A stretch of 44,227 nucleotides of DNA from the IMG/VR virus record IMGVR_UViG_3300045131_001670, positions 1 through 44,227 of that record; one strand, given 5' to 3'. This stretch comes from a virus. Taxonomy: Duplodnaviria; Caudoviricetes. Under the pieces are notes generated by a model that saw only the letters and a list, made by a program, of their open reading frames with translations, had not been told where the DNA came from and made no database searches. A program made the translations under genes and the position numbers. This document shows, in pieces, positions 18,910 to 26,437 of this stretch; positions within the stretch are counted from its first letter, which is position 1; every line of letters begins with the position of its first letter.

Positions 18910-18922
18910 GAGGGGTAATATC

Positions 18923-19144
18923 ATGGGTTTCTACAAACGTTATAACACACGGCGATCGCTTTATGTTACTAAGGCTCGCTTTGACAGCACCTGTGCTGAA
19001 ACCGGACAGCTTATTAAGACTGGAGAAGAGATGGTTTACGACCCTAATACACGGCAGTGTTACCATTCTAATAGTATTCAAGCTAAAGAGACCAGACAGC
19101 AAGCATGGAATGAAGCTAACTGCATGGCTGATAGCAATTGGTAG
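18923..19144 (+). CDS. Small early phage protein
   Basis: AGAGGGG RBS; KARFDSTCAETGQLIKTGEEMVY motif; first ORF after the promoter and hammerhead. Confidence 0.75.
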   Translation: MGFYKRYNTRRSLYVTKARFDSTCAETGQLIKTGEEMVYDPNTRQCYHSNSIQAKETRQQAWNEANCMADSNW

Positions 19145-19208
19145 AATACTCGCACTGACGAGCGGTATGCGATAATCAAAATATAATCGCAAAATAAGGG
19201 GTGTTATC

Positions 19209-19385
19209 ATGAAAATCTATGTTGTGTGGGAAATTCCACGTGGTGGAGATTATGAAGAATTCCGTGGTGAGTTTTCCAACCGAATTAATGCAATTAACTT
19301 TGCGTCTAACCTTTCGGGTAAAATCCGGATAGCGGTAATTGATATGGCTATACCGCCGCGCTTTGACCGATCATTATTGCGTTAA
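19209..19385 (+). CDS. Small early phage protein (58 aa, not in the ORF track)
   Basis: AAGGGGTG RBS; MKIYVVWEIPRGGDYEEFRGEFSNRINAINFASNLSGKIRIAVIDMAIPPRFDRSLLR. Confidence 0.7.
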   Translation: MKIYVVWEIPRGGDYEEFRGEFSNRINAINFASNLSGKIRIAVIDMAIPPRFDRSLLR

Positions 19386-19417
19386 CCATTTTCTCCCCGA
19401 TCGTTCTTCGGTCGGGG

Positions 19418-19481
19418 TCTTCTAACTCTACTACCGCTTAATGGTAGCTGTCGGCAGTCAGCATTGAAGAGGACCGGAAGG
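19418..19481 (+). ncRNA. Twister ribozyme, P1 type
   Basis: P1 TCTTC/GAAGG; T^AA (cut at 19423/19424); P2 CTCT/AGAG; P3 TACC/GGTA; P4 GCTG/CAGC; L4 TCGGCAGT; pseudoknot T1 CGG/CCG after the conserved GA; pseudoknot T2 AC/GT. Confidence 0.88.
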
Positions 19482-19491
19482 GGGAAATCCA

Positions 19492-19815
19492 ATGATCGTG
19501 TTAACTTACACACGTCCTGACACTGAGGGCGACATCTTACAGTGGCGGTTCCCGACAGTGGGGCATCTGCTTGATTCCCATGATTGGGACAACGATGGCT
19601 ATCTGGATGCGATTTATGACGGCATCCGGCAGAACGATGCTGATATCGATGTCATCATCTGCGAGATTGAAGACGAGGGCAATCAGTATGACTGGACCTT
19701 GTATATGACTAACGCCATTAGTGAGCAGGACTTCTGCGATTACTGGAATCTTTACACTGAAGAATGGTGCAGTCCTGAGGGCATCGCTCCGGTTTGGCGA
19801 GCGAGTGTCGAATAG
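19492..19815 (+). CDS. Small highly acidic early protein
   Basis: AAGGGGG RBS; 107 aa with 24 D/E, 4 R and no K. Confidence 0.75.
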   Translation: MIVLTYTRPDTEGDILQWRFPTVGHLLDSHDWDNDGYLDAIYDGIRQNDADIDVIICEIEDEGNQYDWTLYMTNAISEQDFCDYWNLYTEEWCSPEGIAPVWRASVE

Positions 19816-19817
19816 TA

Positions 19818-19882
19818 TCTGCTCTGACGATGGGTCGTTGACTCCGACCCGAAACCGCAAGGATGCGGTCAGCAGAAGTCAA
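19818..19882 (+). ncRNA. Hammerhead ribozyme, type I with loop-II pseudoknot
   Basis: Stem I TCTGCT/AGCAGA, core CTGACGA(T), stem II GGGTCG/CGACCC, GAAA, stem III ACCGCA/TGCGGT, GTC (cut after 19870). Loop II TTGACT is complementary to AGTCAA at 19877-19882. Confidence 0.93.
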
Positions 19883-19911
19883 TTACTGCAAAATTAAGGG
19901 GGGACCATATT

Positions 19912-20178
19912 ATGGTAATAACTTGTCATGACCACGGCGATAGCGTAGCTGACCGCTTTAGCGTGGTATTCTGGAGCGAATTTGATGAAGAGTCAGGTTT
20001 ATATCCAGTTACGTTTTTTTCAGCCGATTGTGATAAACCGAATGGTGTTTGCCAGCATGATGCTATTCCTGAAAAGTGGATAGCTAATCTGGGTGTGCAG
20101 ATAGAATTCGAAGAGATGCCGAAAGCTTGCCAGAAGGTTGCTAACAGGGAAATGGACGAATTAATGGGGAGGCTTTAA
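19912..20178 (+). CDS. Small acidic early phage protein
   Basis: Poly-G RBS; DHGDSVADRFSVVF...PNGVCQH...LGVQIEFEEMP resembles an uncharacterised phage family. Confidence 0.75.
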   Translation: MVITCHDHGDSVADRFSVVFWSEFDEESGLYPVTFFSADCDKPNGVCQHDAIPEKWIANLGVQIEFEEMPKACQKVANREMDELMGRL

Positions 20179-20179
20179 G

Positions 20180-20452
20180 ATGGCTGTTCATTCATATGAT
20201 TGCTTCTTGCATCCGTTTATTTCGGGGCAAGTCAACCGATTGTTGATTAATGGTAATACTGCCGCAAGGCGTGACGCTCAGGGTCAAGTGGCGGTATACG
20301 TTAATGTGTGGGGTCGCCGCCATCAGGGCATTATGCTGCGCTTGTGCAAGGCTCTGGAACATGGCGGTGTCGACTATGCGTTGCTGTCCGGAAAAATAGA
20401 CAGCGGTGTCGTTCTGGACGAAAATAACGAGATTATTGGGGAGGTTATATAA
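20180..20452 (+). CDS. Hypothetical early protein
   Basis: GGGGAGG RBS; abuts both neighbours. Confidence 0.7.
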   Translation: MAVHSYDCFLHPFISGQVNRLLINGNTAARRDAQGQVAVYVNVWGRRHQGIMLRLCKALEHGGVDYALLSGKIDSGVVLDENNEIIGEVI

Positions 20453-20745
20453 TGCCAATGATTGCCGTTGTGCTTCCGCCGTCAGTCGTCCTGCATGGCT
20501 CTGGTTGCGATAAATTCCGCTATGTCACCGGATTAACTACTGACATCGTCAATCACGCTGTAGCGATCGGTGGCGAGGGCGTAATATTACTCCAACATTC
20601 GCATACTCGCTATCGTGGTGAGCGGTACAAGATGATAATACCTTACCGCAATCTCAAGCGGTGGCAGTTCCGGTCCGTGCCTAATCGTAAATTCGATGAT
20701 GGGCAAATATTTATAATTGAGGAGATGTCGAATGAAGAAGTTTAA
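20452..20745 (+). CDS. Hypothetical early protein
   Basis: GGGGAGG RBS; TAATG coupling with the previous gene. Confidence 0.7.
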   Translation: MPMIAVVLPPSVVLHGSGCDKFRYVTGLTTDIVNHAVAIGGEGVILLQHSHTRYRGERYKMIIPYRNLKRWQFRSVPNRKFDDGQIFIIEEMSNEEV

Positions 20746-20905
20746 AGAGAACCTGATAATGGTGGTTCTGATCCTACTTGTTTGGGCGGTAACCTTCCCT
20801 GTAGCGTTTGTCGAGTATACTAAGACAGGTTACTGCTTTTCCCTGCTAATACTCCCATGTTTGGGGGTGTGGGGCATTGAAGAGATCTTAAAACGTATCC
20901 GATAA
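20732..20905 (+). CDS. Small two-TM membrane protein
   Basis: Start MKKFKENL after a GAGGAG RBS; two hydrophobic segments; last gene before the terminator. Confidence 0.65.
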   Translation: MKKFKENLIMVVLILLVWAVTFPVAFVEYTKTGYCFSLLILPCLGVWGIEEILKRIR

Positions 20906-20913
20906 TGAATCCG

Positions 20914-20958
20914 GCGGTCCAGTTGGGGATAAAACCCTGATTGGACCGCTTTTTTTTT
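20914..20958 (+). terminator. Intrinsic terminator closing the early cassette
   Basis: 15-bp stem GCGGTCCAGTTGGGG/CCCTGATTGGACCGC followed by T9. Confidence 0.9.
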
Positions 20959-21384
20959 GGCTATTATTTGAATCGTTCCAAATTGACCTGTGTTGGTTGC
21001 GATTTGGGTTGGTGGGGGGTAAGGTGCTGTGGATTCTGACCTGAGGGATTTTATTGGGGAAAGTTGGCAAAATTTGGGTATAGCCGGGGCGGTGGATGGT
21101 GGCATAATTCATCACCTGGACAGTTGGCTGCCAATTCCGTGGTGCCAGGAAAATGGTACTTCGCTGCCAACTTTCGGGCGGTCCAGGGGGAGGGGACGGC
21201 AGGGGTCGCCGGGGTGTCCGGGCGGTGCTATGGGGAGTTGCAACCAAAACCACCTGATGGCGATATTTTCAAATTTTCGGTTTGGGTGAAATATTTCAGA
21301 AAACGGAAAGATTCCGGTCACGCACCATACCCGACCGGAATCTTACTGACAAAACGTTATTCAGTTATCCAGATTACCAAAACT

Positions 21385-21636
21385 TTATATTGCATCACCT
21401 CCTTTTTCTTTCTGTTGGCGGATGTCGGCTTCATCTATCCTGCGTGGGACGACCCGGATGTCGATATCTACGGCGAATGTGGATTGGCACTTGCGGCAGG
21501 TGGCGATGTTTCTGATTAAAGTTTTATCTTTTATTTGCCGCTCAGTGAAAAATGCCAGTGTCTGGTCGGGATCTCCGCATCGTGGGCAGGTGGTTTTAAA
21601 TATCATCGCTGTTCTCCTCGTCCATCTCTCCAACAC
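21385..21636 (-). CDS. Small zinc-ribbon protein (start probably MIFKTTC at 21606)
   Basis: CPRC...CRKC. Confidence 0.6.
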   Translation of the reverse strand: MLERWTRRTAMIFKTTCPRCGDPDQTLAFFTERQIKDKTLIRNIATCRKCQSTFAVDIDIRVVPRRIDEADIRQQKEKGGDAI

Positions 21637-21841
21637 CGAACTCTTTAATGTACATGGTGTTATGCGTCCGGATGGCGTTTAGCCGGGTGTTGGCGTTATC
21701 GGATTGTTCGCAGCAGTCTACGCACAGGACGTAGAACTCTTCAATGCCGGTGACAAATTCGGATGTCACCACGTTGTTGGATGATCCGCAGATCAGGCAC
21801 GGATAGAGTTTATGATTATTCGTTGCAGGTGTTGCTGACAT
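21596..21841 (-). CDS. Lar-family restriction alleviation-like protein
   Basis: LYPCLICGS...YVLCVDC...AIRTHN resembles the Lar pattern (LKPCPFCG...C..C...AI..WN). Confidence 0.65.
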   Translation of the reverse strand: MSATPATNNHKLYPCLICGSSNNVVTSEFVTGIEEFYVLCVDCCEQSDNANTRLNAIRTHNTMYIKEFGVGEMDEENSDDI

Positions 21842-21863
21842 ATTTTACCTCCCCATCAAGTAG

Positions 21864-22250
21864 TTAGATTTCGTATTTTAATAACCTTTCTAAAACATCA
21901 CTGGATGTATGACCATCCCATTCTGGTGCTTTATTTATAGTTTCCGCAAACTCGCAGTCATTCCAAAATCTTAATGGTAAATGATATGTAATTTGTTGCC
22001 CTTTTTCTTTACCAACCCCCATTATAAACCACCCTGTAAAACCCTTTCCATCGCTGTGTAATAAACTTTTCCATACTATTAATTCATCGCCATAGTGATT
22101 ACGCTTATCACCATGATAACGAAAACGCTGTATTGATTTACAAAAAGCAATATATAATACTACTCTGTGTTCATACAATTCATCAAAAGTGTGATAACCA
22201 TCTGATATATCACCATTTACAATTTCAAACTTTTTATTTGTTGCTGACAT
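21864..22250 (-). CDS. WDGH-domain phage protein
   Basis: SDGYHTFDELYEHR, QITYHLP and WDGHTSSDVLERL motifs. Confidence 0.8.
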   Translation of the reverse strand: MSATNKKFEIVNGDISDGYHTFDELYEHRVVLYIAFCKSIQRFRYHGDKRNHYGDELIVWKSLLHSDGKGFTGWFIMGVGKEKGQQITYHLPLRFWNDCEFAETINKAPEWDGHTSSDVLERLLKYEI

Positions 22251-22413
22251 CTCTCACATTCTCCTCGTTGTACTGAACGATAAACTTATACTGACACTTG
22301 TTGCACATCTCTATGGTGCAGAAAGCTTGCTTGCTTGCCCAGGTTATCTCGATGTGTTCAACGTGACCACACTGTGGACATTTGTAGTTGACCGCTATCA
22401 CTTCGCCTTCCAT
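22234..22413 (-). CDS. Small zinc-ribbon protein (59 aa, not in the ORF track)
   Basis: MEGEVIAVNYKCPQCGHVEH...CNKCQYKFIVQ; GGGAGG RBS. Confidence 0.6.
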   Translation of the reverse strand: MEGEVIAVNYKCPQCGHVEHIEITWASKQAFCTIEMCNKCQYKFIVQYNEENVRDVSNK

Positions 22414-22694
22414 ACGTTCCTCCCTTTGCGTTTCAACAGGTCGTCTATGACTTTCTTGCCGTTGGAGTAGACATCGTCCACATTGTCCCAGATAGCACCT
22501 GTAGCAATAAATCTTTTGACTGAGCCGTTTTCGTGTCTACTAACCACGATGCAATCGTACTTTTCGCAGGTGTGCGTTTTAGGTACAGGCTTGATGAATA
22601 AACCCCGGTACTCAATGGTGTTTTCTATCACCCACTGAGTGATATCTTTCATTCGGGTTCTCATCGCCTTTTCTTTCACAGGATCCCAACTCAT
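22398..22694 (-). CDS. Hypothetical protein
   Basis: Part of track ORF 22398-22772; likely start MSWDP after an AAGGGG RBS. Confidence 0.6.
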   Translation of the reverse strand: MSWDPVKEKAMRTRMKDITQWVIENTIEYRGLFIKPVPKTHTCEKYDCIVVSRHENGSVKRFIATGAIWDNVDDVYSNGKKVIDDLLKRKGRNVWKAK

Positions 22695-22725
22695 AGTTTC
22701 CCCCTTTAGAGTTAGTTTGATTATA

Positions 22726-23196
22726 TTACTTTTTAGTCCAGAATTCCATATTTTCGATATCGGATAATTCAATTTTGTAGATAGTTATTTCGATTCGTGG
22801 CACATCGCCGTAAACCTTATAGGGAATCGCCATCACTATCTGGCAGTCATCTTTAAAGAATACTTCATTCAGAGCGTCAAACACACTTTTAGTCAAATTA
22901 TCCACGTCCGGACGAGAAGTATGAAGTGATGGAGCGTCATCTCGCAGTAAATGGCTGTTTTTACCTGTCCGATAATGGTTTTTAGGACGTGCAAATACAC
23001 ATTTGACTTTGATGCCGATAGGACCTGTCCACGGTGTGTCAGGTTTATATTGCAATGCTTGCGCAAGTAGCGAACGTTCTGCATCAACAGTTTTCTTCGG
23101 TGTGTACATTGTTGCGAACTTTCCCCTGATTGCTACTTTTGCTCTTCCTTTGGCAACCGGCGTTCCGAGTACTTGAAAAGTTATTATTTCACCCAT
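22726..23196 (-). CDS. rusA: RusA Holliday junction resolvase
   Basis: PDVDNLTKSVFDALN...DDCQIV catalytic motif. Confidence 0.92.
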   Translation of the reverse strand: MGEIITFQVLGTPVAKGRAKVAIRGKFATMYTPKKTVDAERSLLAQALQYKPDTPWTGPIGIKVKCVFARPKNHYRTGKNSHLLRDDAPSLHTSRPDVDNLTKSVFDALNEVFFKDDCQIVMAIPYKVYGDVPRIEITIYKIELSDIENMEFWTKK

Positions 23197-23482
23197 TATC
23201 TTTCTCCTTTCTTAATTTCTTTATATGATAATTCTTCAGAGATCCCTTCCGGTTAATCTCTTTCCGGCATTGCTTACACTCAACTAAACCTTTTGCACGG
23301 TTTTTAATGTAAGCATTTTCACCCTGTACCCATTCACCGCACTGATTGCACTTGTGGGGGTGGTACATTTCCCCAATTGCACAACATTCAATGTTTAGGC
23401 ATCTTTCTGATACTGCATATTGGCGATGGTTGCAGATACGGCAGATATACTCTCGTTGTTCGGTCTTATAGGAATACTTCAT
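23189..23482 (-). CDS. Cys-rich hypothetical protein
   Basis: Multiple CxxC pairs; translationally coupled. Confidence 0.6.
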   Translation of the reverse strand: MKYSYKTEQREYICRICNHRQYAVSERCLNIECCAIGEMYHPHKCNQCGEWVQGENAYIKNRAKGLVECKQCRKEINRKGSLKNYHIKKLRKEKDNG

Positions 23483-23745
23483 TTGCTCTCCTCTATATTA
23501 TTATTTTTTTCATCTAAAAATATACGTGCATTTCTAATACACTGATTAATATAGTTTTTATCATCACCCATTAGCAACTCTTCTAACGCATATGCAATCT
23601 GTTGTGATACTTTATTTACATTGTTAAGACAGAATGATTTACCTTCTATATCAAATGGATTCTGTGGCGTTCGGTGTGCTAATATGCCACTTATTTGATA
23701 TATCTCAACTAAAACTTCTCTTTGATAACGTGTAAAATTATTCAT
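23479..23745 (-). CDS. Hypothetical protein (AT-rich)
   Basis: ATGA-coupled on both sides. Confidence 0.6.
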   Translation of the reverse strand: MNNFTRYQREVLVEIYQISGILAHRTPQNPFDIEGKSFCLNNVNKVSQQIAYALEELLMGDDKNYINQCIRNARIFLDEKNNNIEESK

Positions 23746-24164
23746 TTGCTCTCCTTTAACAATTCCGGCGTATCAAATACGTTACCCACAATTTCGCATT
23801 GTTCATACCAATAATCATGGGTATAACATTTTAAAGTAAAATTGTTGTTTTCATAAACAACTTCTGCAATCTTTTCTGGATAGTACTCTTCAAAATATCC
23901 ATACCATCCTGACTTTGTTTTCACAACGTCACCTTCAAAAATCATTTTTCCATTGCGGTCTTTCAATCCGGTGTACTGGCTGACTGTGTCGGGGTCAACT
24001 TCATACAATCCCTCAAAAGTGTGTAAGTTATATTTTTTGCTTGGTGTTTTGAGTATTTGATTGCCACCTGTTATAAAAGCGTATCCACTATGGATAATTA
24101 AACTACCCTTAACCCATTCGCCATTGTCTACCCGCTTAGCTTTGAATAATATCTCACGTTTCAT
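23742..24164 (-). CDS. YopX family protein
   Basis: REILFKAKRVDNGEWVKG...QYTGLKDRNGKMIFEGDVV...EIVGNVFDTPELL. Confidence 0.9.
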   Translation of the reverse strand: MKREILFKAKRVDNGEWVKGSLIIHSGYAFITGGNQILKTPSKKYNLHTFEGLYEVDPDTVSQYTGLKDRNGKMIFEGDVVKTKSGWYGYFEEYYPEKIAEVVYENNNFTLKCYTHDYWYEQCEIVGNVFDTPELLKESK

Positions 24165-24394
24165 AATTTCCCCCTTCCGCATTTTTCGCAACTATCCATA
24201 ATATCAGAATGTTTTTTTTGTGATTGATGTGTAAACTTAGCATAACACTGAATACACATATCTTTATGAGTTTTATCACTTGGTTGCATATAATATTCAC
24301 CACGATTAATAATCTTGCCTGGTCTTTGGCATAGTTCATATTCGCATTTCATTATTGTTCTTGCCATCATTGTGATATAAATTACTTTATTCAT
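24161..24394 (-). CDS. Cys-rich hypothetical protein
   Basis: 3' part of track ORF 24161-24466; likely start MNKVIY coupled to the upstream stop. Confidence 0.5.
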   Translation of the reverse strand: MNKVIYITMMARTIMKCEYELCQRPGKIINRGEYYMQPSDKTHKDMCIQCYAKFTHQSQKKHSDIMDSCEKCGRGKL

Positions 24395-24711
24395 TACCAC
24401 TTTCCCCTTCCGCAATTTTCGCAAGGCTCTTGTACCGTGGAATGTACTTCTGTCGATTGATTCCACGTGTCATGCTCCGGAAAGTTTTCCCCAGAATCGC
24501 AGAACCTACAGTCATACATTAACTCAACTGTCCAATCATCACGCAGCGTATAAGACGCAGGACAATGGTAACAGTCACAAACAATCACTCCATGTTCGTG
24601 CAGGTCTTTCAACTTACCCCACACTTCATCACTGTCAATGTAGCAATCTTCACCGCATGATGGACATTTAATTGTCCCTGGATGCGATACGTATTCTGAA
24701 ACTGTCATCAT
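24394..24711 (-). CDS. Zinc-finger hypothetical protein
   Basis: CPSC, CYHC, CRFC and CENC pairs. Confidence 0.6.
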   Translation of the reverse strand: MMTVSEYVSHPGTIKCPSCGEDCYIDSDEVWGKLKDLHEHGVIVCDCYHCPASYTLRDDWTVELMYDCRFCDSGENFPEHDTWNQSTEVHSTVQEPCENCGRGKW

Positions 24712-24989
24712 ATTTTTAACCCCATATTTCTTTTGTTCTCATTCACTTTCTCTGTATAATACTCTTCTGTAAATAACGGCTCTGTTTCTAATTCACCGGC
24801 TAATGGTATCTTAGCGGTAATTACTTCATCGTTCAAAGATGAGTAAGCATACATAAACTCAACTTTACTTTCATCAGGCATCAAAACAAAGTAAGTGCCT
24901 GTTACCGGTATACGCCCTTCTTTGTGCATTTTCAGCAACAATAATTCTAATTCGTTCATATTACTCATAAATCCACCTTCATATGGCAA
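24708..24989 (-). CDS. Hypothetical protein (start probably MSNMNE at 24968)
   Basis: Coupled ORF in the middle operon. Confidence 0.55.
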   Translation of the reverse strand: MPYEGGFMSNMNELELLLLKMHKEGRIPVTGTYFVLMPDESKVEFMYAYSSLNDEVITAKIPLAGELETEPLFTEEYYTEKVNENKRNMGLKI

Positions 24990-25225
24990 TACTTATTTTG
25001 ATAAATTAACTCATTGCATAAACCCATATAAACTCGTGATAAGCGACATTTAAAATCGATTAAATTAACCTCATCTGCCGATTCAACTGTGTAGTAAAAC
25101 CATATATCAGAAAATAATATATGTTTTCCTTCTTTAACATAGTGAAATATTGGTGATGGATATTCACTTCGGAATATTCCCCAATCATTAACTTCTAACA
25201 ATTTCATTAATTTGTATTTTGTCAT
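24965..25225 (-). CDS. Hypothetical protein (AT-rich)
   Basis: AAGGGGG RBS; preceded by a TAGACA/TATAAT promoter-like sequence. Confidence 0.6.
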   Translation of the reverse strand: MTKYKLMKLLEVNDWGIFRSEYPSPIFHYVKEGKHILFSDIWFYYTVESADEVNLIDFKCRLSRVYMGLCNELIYQNKYCHMKVDL

Positions 25226-25289
25226 TTTATCCCCCTTTTTTATTTCATGTCTAATTATAAAACCTTGATTCTGTTTTGTCTATAGGTTT

Positions 25290-26159
25290 TCATTTGTAAT
25301 CCTCAAACTTTTCGCAAGTTTTGAAAATAAACCTGTTATTAACCCATCTTGCCATCCGCTTAATTTTACGATCGGCACACTTTTTATTGTAAATCATCAC
25401 GTATGGATCGTACTTTAATTCACGCAATTTATATATGCGTTCCAAATCCTGCTCCAACGTTGTGTTATAATTAACCAGAACGTATACGCATAATTTACGT
25501 GAAGTCCACGGCATCAATGGACGAAAATATTTAAGTTTTTCATATGTCGAAAACTCATAATTGTCCCACGCAAAATGAAACATCTTAGCTTTCATATCTC
25601 TTAGTAATTTTGCTCTTTTATCTGTCATAAACCTAATATCCAAACCAGACTGAAAATCGATGTATGCTCCAGTGTCCACAAGTTCTTGCAAAAGGCTATC
25701 AGCATCACGACACGCTAAAATGTTTGGATCCAGCAACACTATTTCTTTTTGATCTTTATAAAAGTTATGTAAAGATGCTACCTGTACTGAAGTTGTGCCT
25801 TCTTTTGTTCCTACAATGCAAAATGGGCATTTGCGTGGACATCCTCTTGTAAGATATCCATATGCTGATGAAGTATTATATAAACCATAATCAGGATACA
25901 TCAATTCAACTTCTGCTGGTAAATCTGTTGTTAAATCGTAACCTGTACCACCTCGGATAATATCACCGCAATTTATAACTTGCTCATAATGTTTTGATTC
26001 GGTGAATACTTTTGACATATAAACTCGGTCGTATTTGCCCCCAAATAAACCATTATAAAATGATACTTCGTGATTCTGTTGTTTGTGATATGCTGATATT
26101 TTCATTAATGCCAGATTAGGAAAATTATGAGAGTCTACGTCTATAAGTCCTATTTTCAT
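25290..26159 (-). CDS. Phage radical SAM protein
   Basis: TRGCPRKCPFC CxxxCxxC motif; MKIGLIDVDSHNFPNLALMKIS N-terminus of a common phage family. Confidence 0.9.
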   Translation of the reverse strand: MKIGLIDVDSHNFPNLALMKISAYHKQQNHEVSFYNGLFGGKYDRVYMSKVFTESKHYEQVINCGDIIRGGTGYDLTTDLPAEVELMYPDYGLYNTSSAYGYLTRGCPRKCPFCIVGTKEGTTSVQVASLHNFYKDQKEIVLLDPNILACRDADSLLQELVDTGAYIDFQSGLDIRFMTDKRAKLLRDMKAKMFHFAWDNYEFSTYEKLKYFRPLMPWTSRKLCVYVLVNYNTTLEQDLERIYKLRELKYDPYVMIYNKKCADRKIKRMARWVNNRFIFKTCEKFEDYK

Positions 26160-26437
26160 AAATCATTCCCACCCTTAATAATTCCCTGTAATTGCTGTAG
26201 TATCTCGCCTTCTGGTTGGTCCAGGCGCAATTGACAGGGTGTCCGGGTCATCACGATGGCGGCAGGAGCGTCAAAGGTTTTAAGACTTTTCGCCAGTGCC
26301 TGACTGGATTTATGAGTCAAATCGTACAGTGCCAATGGGCAATCTGTTTTACTGCACACGCTTTTCATCGTGGTCACAATTTTATGATCCCATTGGGATG
26401 TGTAGAACAGGTATATTGCTGGTTTATTATTTGTCAT
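26156..26437 (-). CDS. Hypothetical protein (possible degenerate thioredoxin fold)
   Basis: YLFYTSQW...ALAKSLKTFDAPAAIV pattern but no CxxC at the active-site position. Confidence 0.5.
   Translation of the reverse strand: MTNNKPAIYLFYTSQWDHKIVTTMKSVCSKTDCPLALYDLTHKSSQALAKSLKTFDAPAAIVMTRTPCQLRLDQPEGEILQQLQGIIKGGNDL

Noticed and set aside
18905-20458. Minus-strand ORFs 18905-19210, 19537-19860, 20192-20458 and alternative plus frame 18963-19175
   Set aside because: They overlap RBS-supported plus-strand genes and ribozymes whose polarity is plus.
20830-21519. Several overlapping ORFs on both strands in the G-rich gap
   Set aside because: No RBS, biased composition from G-runs, and they lie beyond or across the terminator.
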